A stretch of DNA of 64,000 nucleotides from an uncultured Candidatus Rokubacteria bacterium (GCA_963708025.1 CAVPSB010000007.1:32001-96000); one strand, 5' to 3'. Shown: positions 1 to 10,435, counted from the first letter of the stretch. The notes: generated by a model from the letters alone, not told the origin. A program made the numbers and translations.

Positions 1-471
1 GTCAGCTCCGACATCTACCAGGAGGGGATCCTGGCCGGCCTCCTCGGCGCGGCGGTGATCGCCCTCTGGTTCCTGATCCTGGACACCGCGTGGGGGCGGC
101 CCCTCTATACGCCTTCCGTCCTCGGCGCCGCCCTATTCCGCCGGGAACTCGCCGCCTCACCCGGCCCGGTGCCGATCTCGTTCGAGATGGTCGCGGCCTA
201 CACCTGGATCCACGGCCTCCTCTTCTGCGTGATCGGCGGGCTCGCCTCGCGCCTGCTGACCCTGGCCGAGGAGCGGCCGAACGTGGGCTTCGGCATCGTG
301 CTCCTGTTCGTGGTGTTCGAGTTCGGCTTCGTCGGGGTCGCGCTGGCCTTTGCCGAGCCGCTGCTCCACGCGCTGACCTGGCCGGCCGTGCTGATCGGGA
401 ACCTGCTGGCGGCCACGGCGATGGCCGTCTATCTGTGGCGGCGGCACCCCCACCTCACCATCCAGCCCTAG
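1..471 (+). CDS. Multi-pass membrane hypothetical protein (5'-truncated by window edge)
   Basis: Frame open from position 1 (VSSDIYQEGILAGLLGAAVIALWFL...); several hydrophobic helices; TAG stop at 469-471. Confidence 0.75.
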   Translation, partial: VSSDIYQEGILAGLLGAAVIALWFLILDTAWGRPLYTPSVLGAALFRRELAASPGPVPISFEMVAAYTWIHGLLFCVIGGLASRLLTLAEERPNVGFGIVLLFVVFEFGFVGVALAFAEPLLHALTWPAVLIGNLLAATAMAVYLWRRHPHLTIQP

Positions 472-714
472 TGGGCAGGGCCGATGAGCGTCGCAATGTC
501 GATCTCGGTCGTGGGACGTCGCTCGGCCGCAGGCCTCGCGTACGTCCGACAGGTCGTCGTTTGGACGGCCTTCGGCCTTTGGGTCGTCGCCGATCCTCGG
601 TGTACTCGGAGTACGCCTGCGGTCGGCAGACTCCCGGCGTCCGAGCGCTGCTCGCTCCTCGGCCCTGCCCCCGAGAAGGTGGCCATCCCCCATGGCTTTG
701 AAGCTTCGAGGAGT
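472..714 (+). repeat. Family A structured intergenic repeat, copy A1
   Basis: GGGCCGATGAGCGTCGC...GTCGCCGATCCTCGGTGTACTCGGAGTACGCC...GCTGCTCGCTCCTCGGCCC, shared with 4 other loci; CTAG at 468-471 and 715-718. Confidence 0.9.
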
Positions 715-816
715 CTAGTGCGCTAGTCGCGCGATCGTCGAGCCGATCAGGACGACGATGAGGACGGCGACGATCGCACCGATTCCGGCTGCCCACATGC
801 GCGCATGGTCGCTCAT
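715..816 (-). CDS. 33-aa single-TM small protein ([33 protein letters not shown])
   Basis: GGAGGG RBS; ATG overlaps upstream TGA (ATGA); one hydrophobic helix. Confidence 0.6.
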   Translation of the reverse strand: MSDHARMWAAGIGAIVAVLIVVLIGSTIARLAH

Positions 817-1808
817 GACTTCTCCCTCCGGGTGGTCCGGGTGAGCTGCTCGATCAGGGTCGTGTCGGCGGGTGGGAAGGGCAGGCGAGCCATCTCCCGC
901 GGCGTGACCCAGCGGACGGGCTGATTCTCGCGGGGCTCGACCGGCTGATCTCCGATCTCGCAGCGGAAGAAGTGCAGCACGACCCGCTTCTCCGGATAGG
1001 TCCAGGGTACGACGGCGAGGCGGTCGCCCACGCGGGCGTCCACGCCCAGCTCCTCGGCTAGCTCCCGCCGCAATGCCGCCTCCAGGCTCTCGCCGGGCTG
1101 TCGCTTCCCGCCGGGAAACTCCCAGAGCCCGGCCAGATGCTTTCCTTCGCCCCGCCGGGTCACGAGGTAGCGGCGGCGGCGCGACACGACGGCGGCGACG
1201 ACCTCGACCACCGGGTAGCCGGCGCGGGCGGCCAGCTCGGCGAAGAGGGCGAGCAGCGACGGCCGGTACCCTGGCCAGACGCTCGGGTGGCGGCTCGCGT
1301 TCGCCGGGTGGAGGAGGACGACGACTTCGCGGCCGTCCCGCGAGAGCCGCCTCCCGTGGTCGTCCGGCAGGCGGATGGGCTGCGGGACGACGGCGCGGGC
1401 GGCGACGCCGCCGACGGCCACCACGACCGACGGGTCGAGCGCGGCGATCTCCCGGGCAAGGAACGGGCCGCAGCGGACCACCTCCGAGCGCAGGGGGCCC
1501 CGGTTCGCCGGCTTCCGACCGGGGGCGGACGGCCAGCACTTCACCGCGTTCGTGAGGTAGAAGAGGTCCTCGAGATCGAGGCCCAGGCGGCGGATCTCGC
1601 GGCGGAGCACCATCCCGCCGGCCCCCGTCCACTGCCGCCCGTTCTCGATGCTGGCGATCCCGGGCGCCTCCCCGACGAGCATGAAGCGGGCGTCGCGCCG
1701 CCCGGCGGCGGCGCCCGGGAACTTGCGGTACGGCTGCATGGTCGGGCAGACCGTGCAGCGTCCGACCGCGCCCAGGAGGCGGCCGAGCCCGCGGGAGGCG
1801 GCCGTCAT
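813..1808 (-). CDS. Uracil-DNA glycosylase (family 4/5-like, Fe-S) fused to a MutT-like Nudix hydrolase
   Basis: CTVC, LVGEAPG, TNAVKC and LLHPA UDG motifs; complete Nudix box [26 protein letters not shown] at 1808 overlaps the mutY stop. Confidence 0.85.
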   Translation of the reverse strand: MTAASRGLGRLLGAVGRCTVCPTMQPYRKFPGAAAGRRDARFMLVGEAPGIASIENGRQWTGAGGMVLRREIRRLGLDLEDLFYLTNAVKCWPSAPGRKPANRGPLRSEVVRCGPFLAREIAALDPSVVVAVGGVAARAVVPQPIRLPDDHGRRLSRDGREVVVLLHPANASRHPSVWPGYRPSLLALFAELAARAGYPVVEVVAAVVSRRRRYLVTRRGEGKHLAGLWEFPGGKRQPGESLEAALRRELAEELGVDARVGDRLAVVPWTYPEKRVVLHFFRCEIGDQPVEPRENQPVRWVTPREMARLPFPPADTTLIEQLTRTTRREKS

Positions 1809-2497
1809 CGGCCGTCCCAGGGGAAGGCCCGGCAGAAGCCCCGCATGGGACACGGCAGGCAGAGTGGCTTGCGCGGGGTGCACCAGGTGGCGCCGAAGTC
1901 CATCAGGGCCTGGTTGAAGTCGTAGACGCGGGCGCGGGGCAAGAGGATCTCGGCCAGCCGCCAGAGCCCCGCCGTGCCGAGGTGCCGGCCGTCCTTGCCG
2001 TGGAAGACGCGGCCGAGGACGCGGCGGACGTTGGTGTCGAGGATCGGCGCCCGGCGACCGAAGGCGAAGGAGAGAACGGCCCCGGCGGTGTAGCGGCCGA
2101 TCCCCGGCAGCGCCTGGAGCGCCGCGTCTTCGTCGGGGAGCCGGCCGCCGTAGCGGGCCATGGCCTCGCGGGCGATGCCGTGGAGGTGTAGGGGCCGGAT
2201 GTTGTAGCCGAGCGGGTACCAGGTGCGGCGCACCTCGCTCACGTCGGCGGCCGCGAGGTCCGCGAGGGTCGGGTACCGGCCGAGGAACTCCCGGTACTTG
2301 GGGATCACTCGCTCGACCTGGGTCTGCTGGAGCATGATCTCCGATACCAGCACATGATACGGGTCGCGGGTGCGCCGCCACGGCAGGTCGCGGTGGTGCC
2401 GCCCGTACCAGCGAAGCAGCGCCTCCCGAAAGCGCCGGCGCAGCGCCGGCGAGGGCGCCGGGTGACGCGGAGCCCGGCCGGCCCTGGCCCTCGTCAC
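1805..2497 (-). CDS. mutY: A/G-specific adenine glycosylase, catalytic domain only
   Basis: [23 protein letters not shown], HhH motif LPGIGRYTA, Fe-S motif [17 protein letters not shown]; protein ends right after the cluster. Confidence 0.88.
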   Translation of the reverse strand: MTRARAGRAPRHPAPSPALRRRFREALLRWYGRHHRDLPWRRTRDPYHVLVSEIMLQQTQVERVIPKYREFLGRYPTLADLAAADVSEVRRTWYPLGYNIRPLHLHGIAREAMARYGGRLPDEDAALQALPGIGRYTAGAVLSFAFGRRAPILDTNVRRVLGRVFHGKDGRHLGTAGLWRLAEILLPRARVYDFNQALMDFGATWCTPRKPLCLPCPMRGFCRAFPWDGR

Positions 2498-2502
2498 GCC
2501 CG

Positions 2503-2671
2503 CTACTGCTGGGCCTGCCGGCCGGCGCCCACCGTGACATCGACGTCCAGCGAGCTCACGCTCGATCCCCGGTAGCTGCCCTTGATGGGAGTGACGTCCG
2601 CGTAGTCACGGCCGTAGGCGACGCGGACGTAGCGGTCGTTGACCCACGCGGTCGTTGGCAGGACGGCTCAT
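2503..2671 (-). pseudogene. C-terminal fragment of a transglutaminase-like family protein
   Basis: Reads ...WVNDRYVRVAYGRDYADVTPIKGSYRG...LDVDVTV; no N-terminal or catalytic region; 1-nt frameshift near 2648. Confidence 0.6.
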
Positions 2672-2704
2672 TTGCCGCATCTCACCCCGGGTTGACGGGA
2701 GCTG

Positions 2705-3289
2705 TCAACAACCTTCGGTGTTGGCGGCGGTGGCGATGGTGGCGGCGGGAGGGAGCGGCTCGACGAAGCGGCGGACGCGGAACCGGTAGAGCCTGACCGC
2801 GGCGTCGGCGGCCAGCCCGGCCTTGCCGCGCGCGATCTCGAGCTGTCGCTCGACGCTCTCCACGCCGTCGAGGTCGGGCAGGAGGACACCGCGCCGCTCC
2901 TCGCACTCGACAAGGACGCCGTAGATCTTCGGGTCCAGGTCCCCCGGCCCCGTCACGGCCTCGAGGGCCTCCACGACGTCAACCTCGTAGCGGAGGTCGG
3001 CCAGCTCGTCCGGACGGACCGGAGGGAAGCGCGGGTCCGTGGACGCGGCGGCGATGGCGCAGGCCACGATCTCGCGGGCGATGTCGGGGCGGGCCGGCGC
3101 CAGGGTGCCGACGCAGCCGCGGAGCCGGCCCCGCGCCCGGAGGGTCACGAACACCCCGCTCGGCCGGCCCAGCGCCTCCGGCACGTCGGGCGGCGGCCCG
3201 GCGACGAGACCCGTGCGGACGTACCGCTCCACGGCTTCCCGGGCCAGCGCGAGGGCCACCAGGCCGGGCGCGTCCAGGCTCTCGCCCAC
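2705..3289 (-). CDS. AMMECR1-domain protein (AmmeMemoRadiSam system protein A-like)
   Basis: GVFVTL...LRGCVGT, AASTDPRFPPV, GVLLPDL; start estimated at GTG 3289. Confidence 0.85.
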   Translation of the reverse strand: MGESLDAPGLVALALAREAVERYVRTGLVAGPPPDVPEALGRPSGVFVTLRARGRLRGCVGTLAPARPDIAREIVACAIAAASTDPRFPPVRPDELADLRYEVDVVEALEAVTGPGDLDPKIYGVLVECEERRGVLLPDLDGVESVERQLEIARGKAGLAADAAVRLYRFRVRRFVEPLPPAATIATAANTEGC

Positions 3290-3333
3290 CGCCGAATCAT
3301 GCGCCCGCCCCAACCCCCGATCAAGCCCCGCTC

Positions 3334-3342
3334 TGCTATAAT
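3334..3342 (+). promoter_or_regulatory. Extended -10 promoter (TGcTATAAT)
   Basis: Perfect TGnTATAAT 25 nt upstream of the ATG at 3368. Confidence 0.6.
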
Positions 3343-3367
3343 GCGCCGGTAGGAATTCTTCCGGATC

Positions 3368-4450
3368 ATGGCCACCCGACTCCCCCTGCACGATCTCCAC
3401 GCGGCCCTCGGCGCGCGCTTCGGCGAGGCCGACGGCCGTCTGCTCCCGCTCCATTACGGCGACCCGGCCGCCGAGCATGCCGCGGTGCGCGAGCAGGTGG
3501 GGATCGTCGACCGGTCTCAGCGCGGGAAGATCGAGGTCACCGGGCGCGACCGGGTGGCCTTTCTCCAGGGGATGCTATCGAACGACGTCAAGGCGCTCCA
3601 GCCCGGGCAGGGGTGCCCGGCGCTATTCCTCGACGCCCACGGGAAGATCGTCTCGCTGCTGACCGTCCACGCACTGGCGGACCGCCTCCTCCTAGAGATG
3701 GACCGCCACCTCGTCGAGCCGACGCTGGCGGCGCTCGACCGGTTCCTGATCTCCGAGCGCGTGGAGTTCGAGGACGTGAGCGAGGCCTCCGGCATCCTGA
3801 CCCTGGCCGGTCCGGCCGCGCGGGGCACGGTGGAGAAAGTCGCCGAACAGGCGATTCCCGAGTTGGCGCTCCACCATCACGCCGGCCTGGGCGCCGACGG
3901 TCTCGAGCTGCGGGTCGCGGCGAGCGAGGAGACCGGCGAGGAGGCCTTCGACCTGTGGGTCGGCCCCGAGGGGCTGTCCAGGGCCTGGGGGCGCGCGCTC
4001 GCCGCCGGCGCTCGGCCGGTCGGCCGGGAGGCCTGGAACGTCCTGCGCGTCGAGGCGGGGGTCGTGTGGCACGGCGTGGACGTGGACGCCTCCACGCTCG
4101 TCATGGAGGCGCCGCTCGAGTCCGCCTACTCGCTGAACAAGGGCTGCTACATCGGCCAGGAAGTGATCGCGCGCGTCACGTACCGGGGCCACGTCAACCG
4201 GAAGATCGTCGGCTTCCGGTTCCCGGACGGGCGGATCCCGGCGCCGGGCGCTATCGTCCGGGTCGGTGACGCCGAGGTCGGGAGGATCACGAGCCCCGTC
4301 GTCTCGCCCCGGCTGGGCGGGCTCGCGCTGGGCGTCCTGCGGCGGGAGCACTGGGCGCCGGAGAGCCGGGTCGAGGTCGTGGCGGAGGGCGGCACGTTGA
4401 CGGCGGAGGTGGCCGAGCTGCCCTTCTACCGGCGCGGGGCGCGCGCCTGA
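3368..4450 (+). CDS. ygfZ: Folate-binding GcvT-family protein, YgfZ-like
   Basis: KGCYIGQE signature; GcvT-like N-terminus ([12 protein letters not shown]). Confidence 0.8.
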   Translation: MATRLPLHDLHAALGARFGEADGRLLPLHYGDPAAEHAAVREQVGIVDRSQRGKIEVTGRDRVAFLQGMLSNDVKALQPGQGCPALFLDAHGKIVSLLTVHALADRLLLEMDRHLVEPTLAALDRFLISERVEFEDVSEASGILTLAGPAARGTVEKVAEQAIPELALHHHAGLGADGLELRVAASEETGEEAFDLWVGPEGLSRAWGRALAAGARPVGREAWNVLRVEAGVVWHGVDVDASTLVMEAPLESAYSLNKGCYIGQEVIARVTYRGHVNRKIVGFRFPDGRIPAPGAIVRVGDAEVGRITSPVVSPRLGGLALGVLRREHWAPESRVEVVAEGGTLTAEVAELPFYRRGARA

Positions 4451-6558
4451 TGTCATCCGACGCGACCGGGGCGACCGCCGCCGGCCGACGGCCGAACCGG
4501 CTGGCCCGGGAGAGCAGCCCCTACCTCCTCCAGCACCAGCACAACCCGGTGGACTGGTTCCCGTGGGGGGACGAGGCGTTCGAGCGGGCCCGGGCCGAGG
4601 GGAAGCCCATCCTGCTCTCGGTCGGCTACTCGGCCTGTCACTGGTGCCACGTGATGGAGCGCGAGTCGTTCGAGGACCCTGCCATCGCCGGCCTCATGAA
4701 CGAGCACTTCGTCAGCGTCAAGGTGGACCGCGAGGAGCGGCCAGACGTCGACTCCATCTACATGCAGGCCGTGCAGTCGATGACCGGCCACGGCGGCTGG
4801 CCGATGACGGTCTTCCTGACCCCCGAGGGCGTGCCCTTCTACGGGGGGACCTACTTCCCGCCGGCGGACCGCCACGGCATGCCCGGCTTCCCGCGGGTGC
4901 TGGAGGCGGTGTCGGCGCACTACCGGGACAACCGGGGGGATGCCGAGGCGGCCGGCCAGCAGCTCCTCGACCAGCTCCGCCAGTCCGGCGCGGTGCGGGG
5001 CGGCGCCGACCTCCTCTCCCGGGCGATCCTCGACCGGGCGTTCGGTCAGCTCGGCGCCGACTTCGACCGCCAGCACGGCGGCCTGGGCCGGGCGCCCAAG
5101 TTCCCGCAGCCCATGGCGTGGGAGTTCGTCCTGCGCTACTGGCGGCGGACGGGGGTGCCGAGCGCGCTCCAGATGACGCGGCTCACCCTGACCCGGATGG
5201 CGCGGGGCGGCATGTACGACCAGCTCGGCGGCGGGTTCCACCGCTACTCGGTCGACGGCGAGTGGCTCGTCCCCCACTTCGAGAAGATGCTCTACGACCA
5301 GAGCCAGCTCGTCCTCCTCTACCTCCAGGCCTGGCAGGCGACGGGGGAGGCGGAGTACCGGCGGATCGCCGTCGAGACGCTGGACTACGTCGTCCGCGAG
5401 ATGACCGACCCCGAGGGGGGCTTCTACTCGACCCAGGACGCCGACTCCGAGGGGGAGGAGGGGAAGTTCTTCCTCTGGAGCGAGGCCGAGCTGGGCGAGG
5501 CGCTCGACCCGGAGGAGGCGCGGGCGGCGGCCCGCTACTGGGGGGTCGCGGACGGCCCCAACTTCGAGGGGCGGAACATCCTCCACGTGCCCCGGGAGCC
5601 GGACGCGGTGGCATCATCGCTCGGCCTGTCCCGGCCGGCGCTGGACGACCTGGTGGCCCGCGCCCGGCGGAAGCTGTGGGAGGTGCGCGAGCGCCGCGTG
5701 AAGCCGGGGCGGGACGAGAAGGTGCTGGCCGGCTGGAACGGCATGATGCTGCGCGCGTTCGCCGAGGCCTCGAGAGCCTTCAATCGCCCCGACTACCGGG
5801 CGGTGGCCGAGCGGAACGCGGCGTTCCTGCTCGGAGCGCTGCGCCGGGACGGCCGGCTCCTGCGGACGTGGAAGGCGGGCCGGGCCAAGCTCCTCGGCTA
5901 CCTCGAGGACTACGCGATGGTCGCCGACGGGCTCGTGGCGCTCTACGAGGCCACGTTCGACCGCCGCTGGCTCGAGGCGAGCCGCGAGCTGGCCGACGAG
6001 CTGCTCCGCCTCTTCTGGGATCCGGAGGCCGAGGCGCTCTTCGACACCGGGACCGACCACGAGGCGCTGGTCGTGCGGCCCCGGAATCTCTTCGACTCCG
6101 CGGTTCCCTGCGGGACGTCGGTAGCCGCCGACGTCCTGCTGCGCCTGGCCGTCCTGACCGGCGACGATCGTTACGAGCGGATGGCGGTGACGGCGCTCCG
6201 CCCGATGGCGCCGCTCATGATGCGCTACCCGTCGGGCTTCGGCCGCTTCCTGTCGGCCCTGGACTTCCACCTGGGCCCGCGGGTGGAGGTGGCGCTGGTG
6301 TGGCCGGCCGGGAGCCCGGCCGACGCGACCGAGCCGCTGCTCCGAGAGGTCTTCTCCCGCTACTTGCCGGCGCGCGCCATCGCCGGAGCCCCCGAGGGCG
6401 GGACGGCCGGCCTGCCCCTGACCGAGGGCAAGGCGCCGCGCTCGGGATTGGTGACGGCGTACGTCTGCGAGCAGTACGCGTGCCAGGCGCCCACGAGCGA
6501 CGCGGCGGAGCTGGGTCGCCAGCTCGAGAGCCGGGCGGGGGTCGCCGCGCATGTCTGA
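4450..6558 (+). CDS. yyaL: Thioredoxin-domain / glycosidase-like fold protein (YyaL/SSP411 family)
   Basis: [40 protein letters not shown]. Confidence 0.9.
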   Translation: MSSDATGATAAGRRPNRLARESSPYLLQHQHNPVDWFPWGDEAFERARAEGKPILLSVGYSACHWCHVMERESFEDPAIAGLMNEHFVSVKVDREERPDVDSIYMQAVQSMTGHGGWPMTVFLTPEGVPFYGGTYFPPADRHGMPGFPRVLEAVSAHYRDNRGDAEAAGQQLLDQLRQSGAVRGGADLLSRAILDRAFGQLGADFDRQHGGLGRAPKFPQPMAWEFVLRYWRRTGVPSALQMTRLTLTRMARGGMYDQLGGGFHRYSVDGEWLVPHFEKMLYDQSQLVLLYLQAWQATGEAEYRRIAVETLDYVVREMTDPEGGFYSTQDADSEGEEGKFFLWSEAELGEALDPEEARAAARYWGVADGPNFEGRNILHVPREPDAVASSLGLSRPALDDLVARARRKLWEVRERRVKPGRDEKVLAGWNGMMLRAFAEASRAFNRPDYRAVAERNAAFLLGALRRDGRLLRTWKAGRAKLLGYLEDYAMVADGLVALYEATFDRRWLEASRELADELLRLFWDPEAEALFDTGTDHEALVVRPRNLFDSAVPCGTSVAADVLLRLAVLTGDDRYERMAVTALRPMAPLMMRYPSGFGRFLSALDFHLGPRVEVALVWPAGSPADATEPLLREVFSRYLPARAIAGAPEGGTAGLPLTEGKAPRSGLVTAYVCEQYACQAPTSDAAELGRQLESRAGVAAHV

Positions 6559-6600
6559 GGTGCCCTCAACTCCCTCAACCCCAGAAGGAGGAACACGCCT

Positions 6601-8208
6601 ATGCGCTTGACCAGAGCCGTTATCGTGGTGGCCGCCGTCCTGCTGCTGCTCGGCAGCGCGGCGCCCGCGCTCGCCCAGACGTTCGTCTTCGGCGCCCAGG
6701 GCGAGCCGGTCCAGTTCGATCCGGCGGTGATCACCGACGGGATCTCGGCGAAGATCACCCGCCAGGTCTTCGACCAGCTCTACCAGTTCAAGGGCGCGAC
6801 GACGGAGGTCCAGCCGGCCCTCGCCGAAAAGGCCGAGCCGTCCTCCGACGGGAAGGTCTGGACGCTCCAGCTCCGGAAGAACGTGAAGTTCCACGACGGC
6901 GAGCCGTTCGACGCCAAGGCGGTCGTCTGGAACTTCGAGCGCTGGATGAACACCAAGCACCCCCAGCACGAGAACCAGCTCAAGGCCGGCCAGACCTTCG
7001 AGTACTTCGAGGGCCAGTTCGGCGGCTTCGACGACAAGTCGATCATCGCCAAGGTGGAGGCGACGGGCTCGCACACGGTCAAGTTCACCTTGAAGCAGCC
7101 CCAGGCCCCGTTCTTACAGAACATCGCCATGTTCCCCTTCGGCATCGCCAGCCCCAAGGCGGTGGAGAAGGCGGGGATCGAATTCGGCAAGAACCCGGTC
7201 GGCACCGGCGCCTTCAAGTTCGTCGAGTGGAAGCCGAACCAGGAAGTCGTCCTCGACGCGAACCCCGACTACTGGGGGTCCAAGGCCAAGGTCAAGCGAG
7301 TGGTGGTGCGGAACATCAAGGACAGCTCGCAGCGGCTGGCGGCCCTCAAGGCCGGCGAGGTCCACGCGATCGAGGGCATCAACCCCGACGACGTCAAGGT
7401 CATCCAGGCCGACCCCAACCTCTACGTCCTTCGCCGGCCGACCAACACCACCGGCTACGTCGCCTTCAACTACAAGGTGAAGGAGTTCCAGGACAAGCGG
7501 GTCCGCCAGGCGATCGCTCACGCGATCAACAAGAAGGCGATCGTCGACGCGATGTACGGCGGGAGCGGCCTCGTCGCCACGCAGTTCCAGCCGCCGCCGA
7601 TGTGGGGGTACAACAAGGAGATCAAGGACTACGAGTACAGCACGGTCAAGGCCCAGGACCTGCTGAAGCAGGCCGGCTTCGCGAACGGCCTGAGCGAGAT
7701 CACCTGGGACGACGGCAAGAAGGAGCCGCTCGTCTTCTGGTACATGTCGCGCTCGCGGCCGTACTTCCCGAACCCCAAGGAGATCGGGGAGGCCATGGCC
7801 GCCGACCTGGCCAAGGTGGGGATCAAGGCCCAGCTCCAGACGGTCGAGTGGGCCAACTACCTCGACAAGCGCAAGAACGGCCAGCTCCCGATCTATATGC
7901 TCGGGTGGACCGGCGACAACGGTGACCCCGACAACTTCCTCTGCTACTTCTTCTGCTCGCCGGGCGCCTCCCGCGAGGGCTTCTATTCCAACAAGCCCGT
8001 GGCCGACGTCCTGCTCCGGGCCCAGGCCCTGACCAGCCAGCCGGAGCGGGCGAAGCTCTACCGCCAGGCCGAGCAGATCGTCCACGACGACGTGGGCCGG
8101 GTGTTCATCGCCAACAACGAGCCCCCCCTCGCCTTCTCGAAGAAGATGAAGGGGTACGTTCCCAACCCGGTCGACGACGAGCGCTTCAACACCGTCGAGG
8201 TGCAGTAG
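6601..8208 (+). CDS. dppA: Peptide ABC transporter substrate-binding protein (family 5, DppA-like)
   Basis: Signal peptide; LRKNVKFHDG, PVGTGAF, GWTGDNGDPDNF; AGGAGG RBS. Confidence 0.88.
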   Translation: MRLTRAVIVVAAVLLLLGSAAPALAQTFVFGAQGEPVQFDPAVITDGISAKITRQVFDQLYQFKGATTEVQPALAEKAEPSSDGKVWTLQLRKNVKFHDGEPFDAKAVVWNFERWMNTKHPQHENQLKAGQTFEYFEGQFGGFDDKSIIAKVEATGSHTVKFTLKQPQAPFLQNIAMFPFGIASPKAVEKAGIEFGKNPVGTGAFKFVEWKPNQEVVLDANPDYWGSKAKVKRVVVRNIKDSSQRLAALKAGEVHAIEGINPDDVKVIQADPNLYVLRRPTNTTGYVAFNYKVKEFQDKRVRQAIAHAINKKAIVDAMYGGSGLVATQFQPPPMWGYNKEIKDYEYSTVKAQDLLKQAGFANGLSEITWDDGKKEPLVFWYMSRSRPYFPNPKEIGEAMAADLAKVGIKAQLQTVEWANYLDKRKNGQLPIYMLGWTGDNGDPDNFLCYFFCSPGASREGFYSNKPVADVLLRAQALTSQPERAKLYRQAEQIVHDDVGRVFIANNEPPLAFSKKMKGYVPNPVDDERFNTVEVQ

Positions 8209-8214
8209 GCTGAC

Positions 8215-8245
8215 ACCGGAGGGGGGCCGCCGGCCCCCCTCCGGT
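8215..8245 (+). other. Strong intergenic hairpin after the SBP gene (likely mRNA stabiliser)
   Basis: ACCGGAGGGGGG...CCCCCTCCGGT inverted repeat; no U-tract. Confidence 0.5.
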
Positions 8246-8271
8246 TCCTCCCGGGGAGGGCGCGGACCACA

Positions 8272-9276
8272 GTGACCCAGTACGCCATCCGGCGGGCGCT
8301 CACCGTGATCCCCGTGCTCCTCGGGGTGTCGATCCTCGTCTTCAGCTTCGTCCACATGATCCCGGGGGACCCCGCCCTCACCATGCTCGGGGAGCGGGCG
8401 ACGCCCGAGAAGGTCGCCCAGGTCCGGCAGCGACTCGGGCTCGACCGGCCGATCTACGAGCAGTATGCGATCTACCTCGGCAAGGTGCTCCAGGGCGACC
8501 TCGGCATCTCGATCGTCCGCGGGGATCCGGTGGCCCGGGACCTCCTGCGGCGCTTCCCGGCCACCGTCGAGCTGGCGGCCTCGGCGATCTTCCTCGCGCT
8601 GCTGCTCGGGATCCCGATCGGCATCGTCTCCGCGGTGTGGCGCAACTCGTGGATGGACAGCGTCTCCCGCGTGTGGGCGCTGGTCGGGGTGTCGATGCCG
8701 ATCTTCTGGCTGGGGGTCATGCTGGCCTGGTTCTTCGGGGTCCAGCTCGGGTGGCTCCCGACGGGCTTCCGGCTCGACAGCGCGACCGACTTCCGGCCCT
8801 GGACCAACTTCGTCGTTCTGGACGCCCTGGTGCAGGGGAACTGGGCGGTGCTCCGCGACGCGCTGCGCCACCTGGTCCTCCCCGCCATCGCGCTGGCGAC
8901 GATCCCCCTCGCCATCATCGCCCGGATGATGCGGGCCAGCATGTTGGAGGTCCTCTCCCGAGACTACATCCGCACCGCCGAGGCCAAGGGGTTGCCGCAG
9001 ACGGGCGTCGTCCTGCGCCACGGGCTGCGGAACGCGCTCCTGCCGGTGATGACGGTCGTCGGCCTCCAGATCGGGCGGCTCCTGGCCGGGGCCATCCTGA
9101 CCGAGACGATCTTCTCCTGGCCGGGGATCGGCCTCTGGGTCTACGACTCGATCGAGTCCCGTGACTACGCGATCGTCCAGGGGGCGAGCCTGTTCATCGC
9201 GGTGATCTTCGTCACGGTGAACCTGGTCACCGACCTGCTCTACGCGGTGGCCGACCCGCGCATCAAGTACGACTGA
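8272..9276 (+). CDS. dppB: Peptide ABC transporter permease
   Basis: IPGDPA, LGLDRP, DYIRTAEAKGL EAA loop, DPRI C-terminus. Confidence 0.9.
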   Translation: MTQYAIRRALTVIPVLLGVSILVFSFVHMIPGDPALTMLGERATPEKVAQVRQRLGLDRPIYEQYAIYLGKVLQGDLGISIVRGDPVARDLLRRFPATVELAASAIFLALLLGIPIGIVSAVWRNSWMDSVSRVWALVGVSMPIFWLGVMLAWFFGVQLGWLPTGFRLDSATDFRPWTNFVVLDALVQGNWAVLRDALRHLVLPAIALATIPLAIIARMMRASMLEVLSRDYIRTAEAKGLPQTGVVLRHGLRNALLPVMTVVGLQIGRLLAGAILTETIFSWPGIGLWVYDSIESRDYAIVQGASLFIAVIFVTVNLVTDLLYAVADPRIKYD

Positions 9277-9278
9277 TG

Positions 9279-9412
9279 TTGGTCGCGGCGGGGGCACCGG
9301 CGCCGAGATCTCCCCTTTCCGGGGGAGGCAGGCCCGATCCGTTCGCCGAATGGCGAACGGTTGGGCTTCGCCCAAAGGGCCGTCGGCGGGGGGCGAAGCC
9401 CCCCGCCGAGAG
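9279..9412. mobile_element. Family D multi-hairpin insertion flanked by a 14-bp direct repeat
   Basis: AAGTACGACTGATG at 9265-9278 and 9413-9426; four internal hairpins. Confidence 0.7.
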
Positions 9413-9423
9413 AAGTACGACTG

Positions 9424-10327
9424 ATGGCCACCACCGCCACCGCCGTCGAGCCGATCCTGCTGCCGGCGACCCGGAGCCAGAGCCCGGCCGCCCAGGCCTG
9501 GCGCCGGCTCCTGTCGAGCCCGGTCGCGCGGGCCGGGCTCGCGATCGTCTGCACGTTCCTGCTGATGGCGATCGTCACCCCGTTCGTCCACCACTACGAC
9601 GCGAAGACGGATTCCAACCTGATCCTGCGCCTGAAGCCCCCGACCGCCGAGCACCCGTTCGGCACCGACTCCCTGGGACGGGACATCCTGGTGCGCGTGC
9701 TCCATGGGACGCGGGTCTCGCTGGGCCTGGGGCTGAGCGCCGTCGCCATCGCCTCCGTCATGGGCTCGCTCCTCGGGCTGATCGCCGGCTACGCCGGCCG
9801 CCGGGTGGACCTCGTGATCAGCTTCTGCCTGGACATCCTGCTGGCCTTCCCCTCGACCCTGCTCGCCATCGCCATCGTGGCGATGATCGGCCCCGGGCTC
9901 CGCAACTCGCTCCTGGCGATCAGCCTGGTCTCGATCCCGATCTACGCCCGGATCGCGCCGAGCCGCCGTGCTCGAGCTGCGGGAGCAGGAGTTCGTGACG
10001 GCGGCCCGGGGCCTGGGCGGCGGCGCCCAACGCGTCCTCATGCGGCACATCTTCCCCAACACGCTGCCGCCGCTCATCGTCCAGACGACGCTGGCCATAG
10101 CCTTCGCCATCCTGGAGGCGGCCGCCCTCGGCTTCCTCGGCCTCGGTGCCCAGCCGCCGACGCCGGAGTGGGGCGCGATGCTGGCCGACTCCTACAAGTA
10201 CTTCACGAGCGGCGCCTGGTGGGTGTTCTTCTTCCCCGGGGCGGCCATCATGCTCTCGGTGCTCGGCTTCAACCTGCTGGGCGACGGGCTCCGCGACGCC
10301 CTCGACCCGCGCATGCGCACGGACTGA
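9424..10327 (+). CDS. dppC: Peptide ABC transporter permease (one frameshift near 9958)
   Basis: HPFGTDSLGRDI in one frame; EFVTAARGLG, PPTPEWGAM and GDGLRDALDP in the next frame. Confidence 0.85.
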
Positions 10328-10435
10328 AGTGCTCTGAAGGAACTGCCGCGGATGCGTGACCGAGGAAAAATCCGGAGGGGGGTCCGGGGAGGAGCGCGCT
10401 AGCTCCCCCGGCCCGAACAATCCCGGAGGTATCGA

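Noticed and set aside
472-714. Short ORFs overlapping family A/B/C repeats (e.g. 484-726, 50112-50303, 54536-54721, 31191-31538)
   Set aside because: Their mutual similarity comes from the repeat; frames are not preserved between copies
813-2540. 575-aa ORF as a single large fusion
   Set aside because: The first ~243 aa are an alternative frame of mutY; the real start is ATG 1808
10370-10415. GGGGGTCCGGGG...CCCCCGG hairpin before pip as another repeat family
   Set aside because: Single copy in the window; no flanking duplication seen
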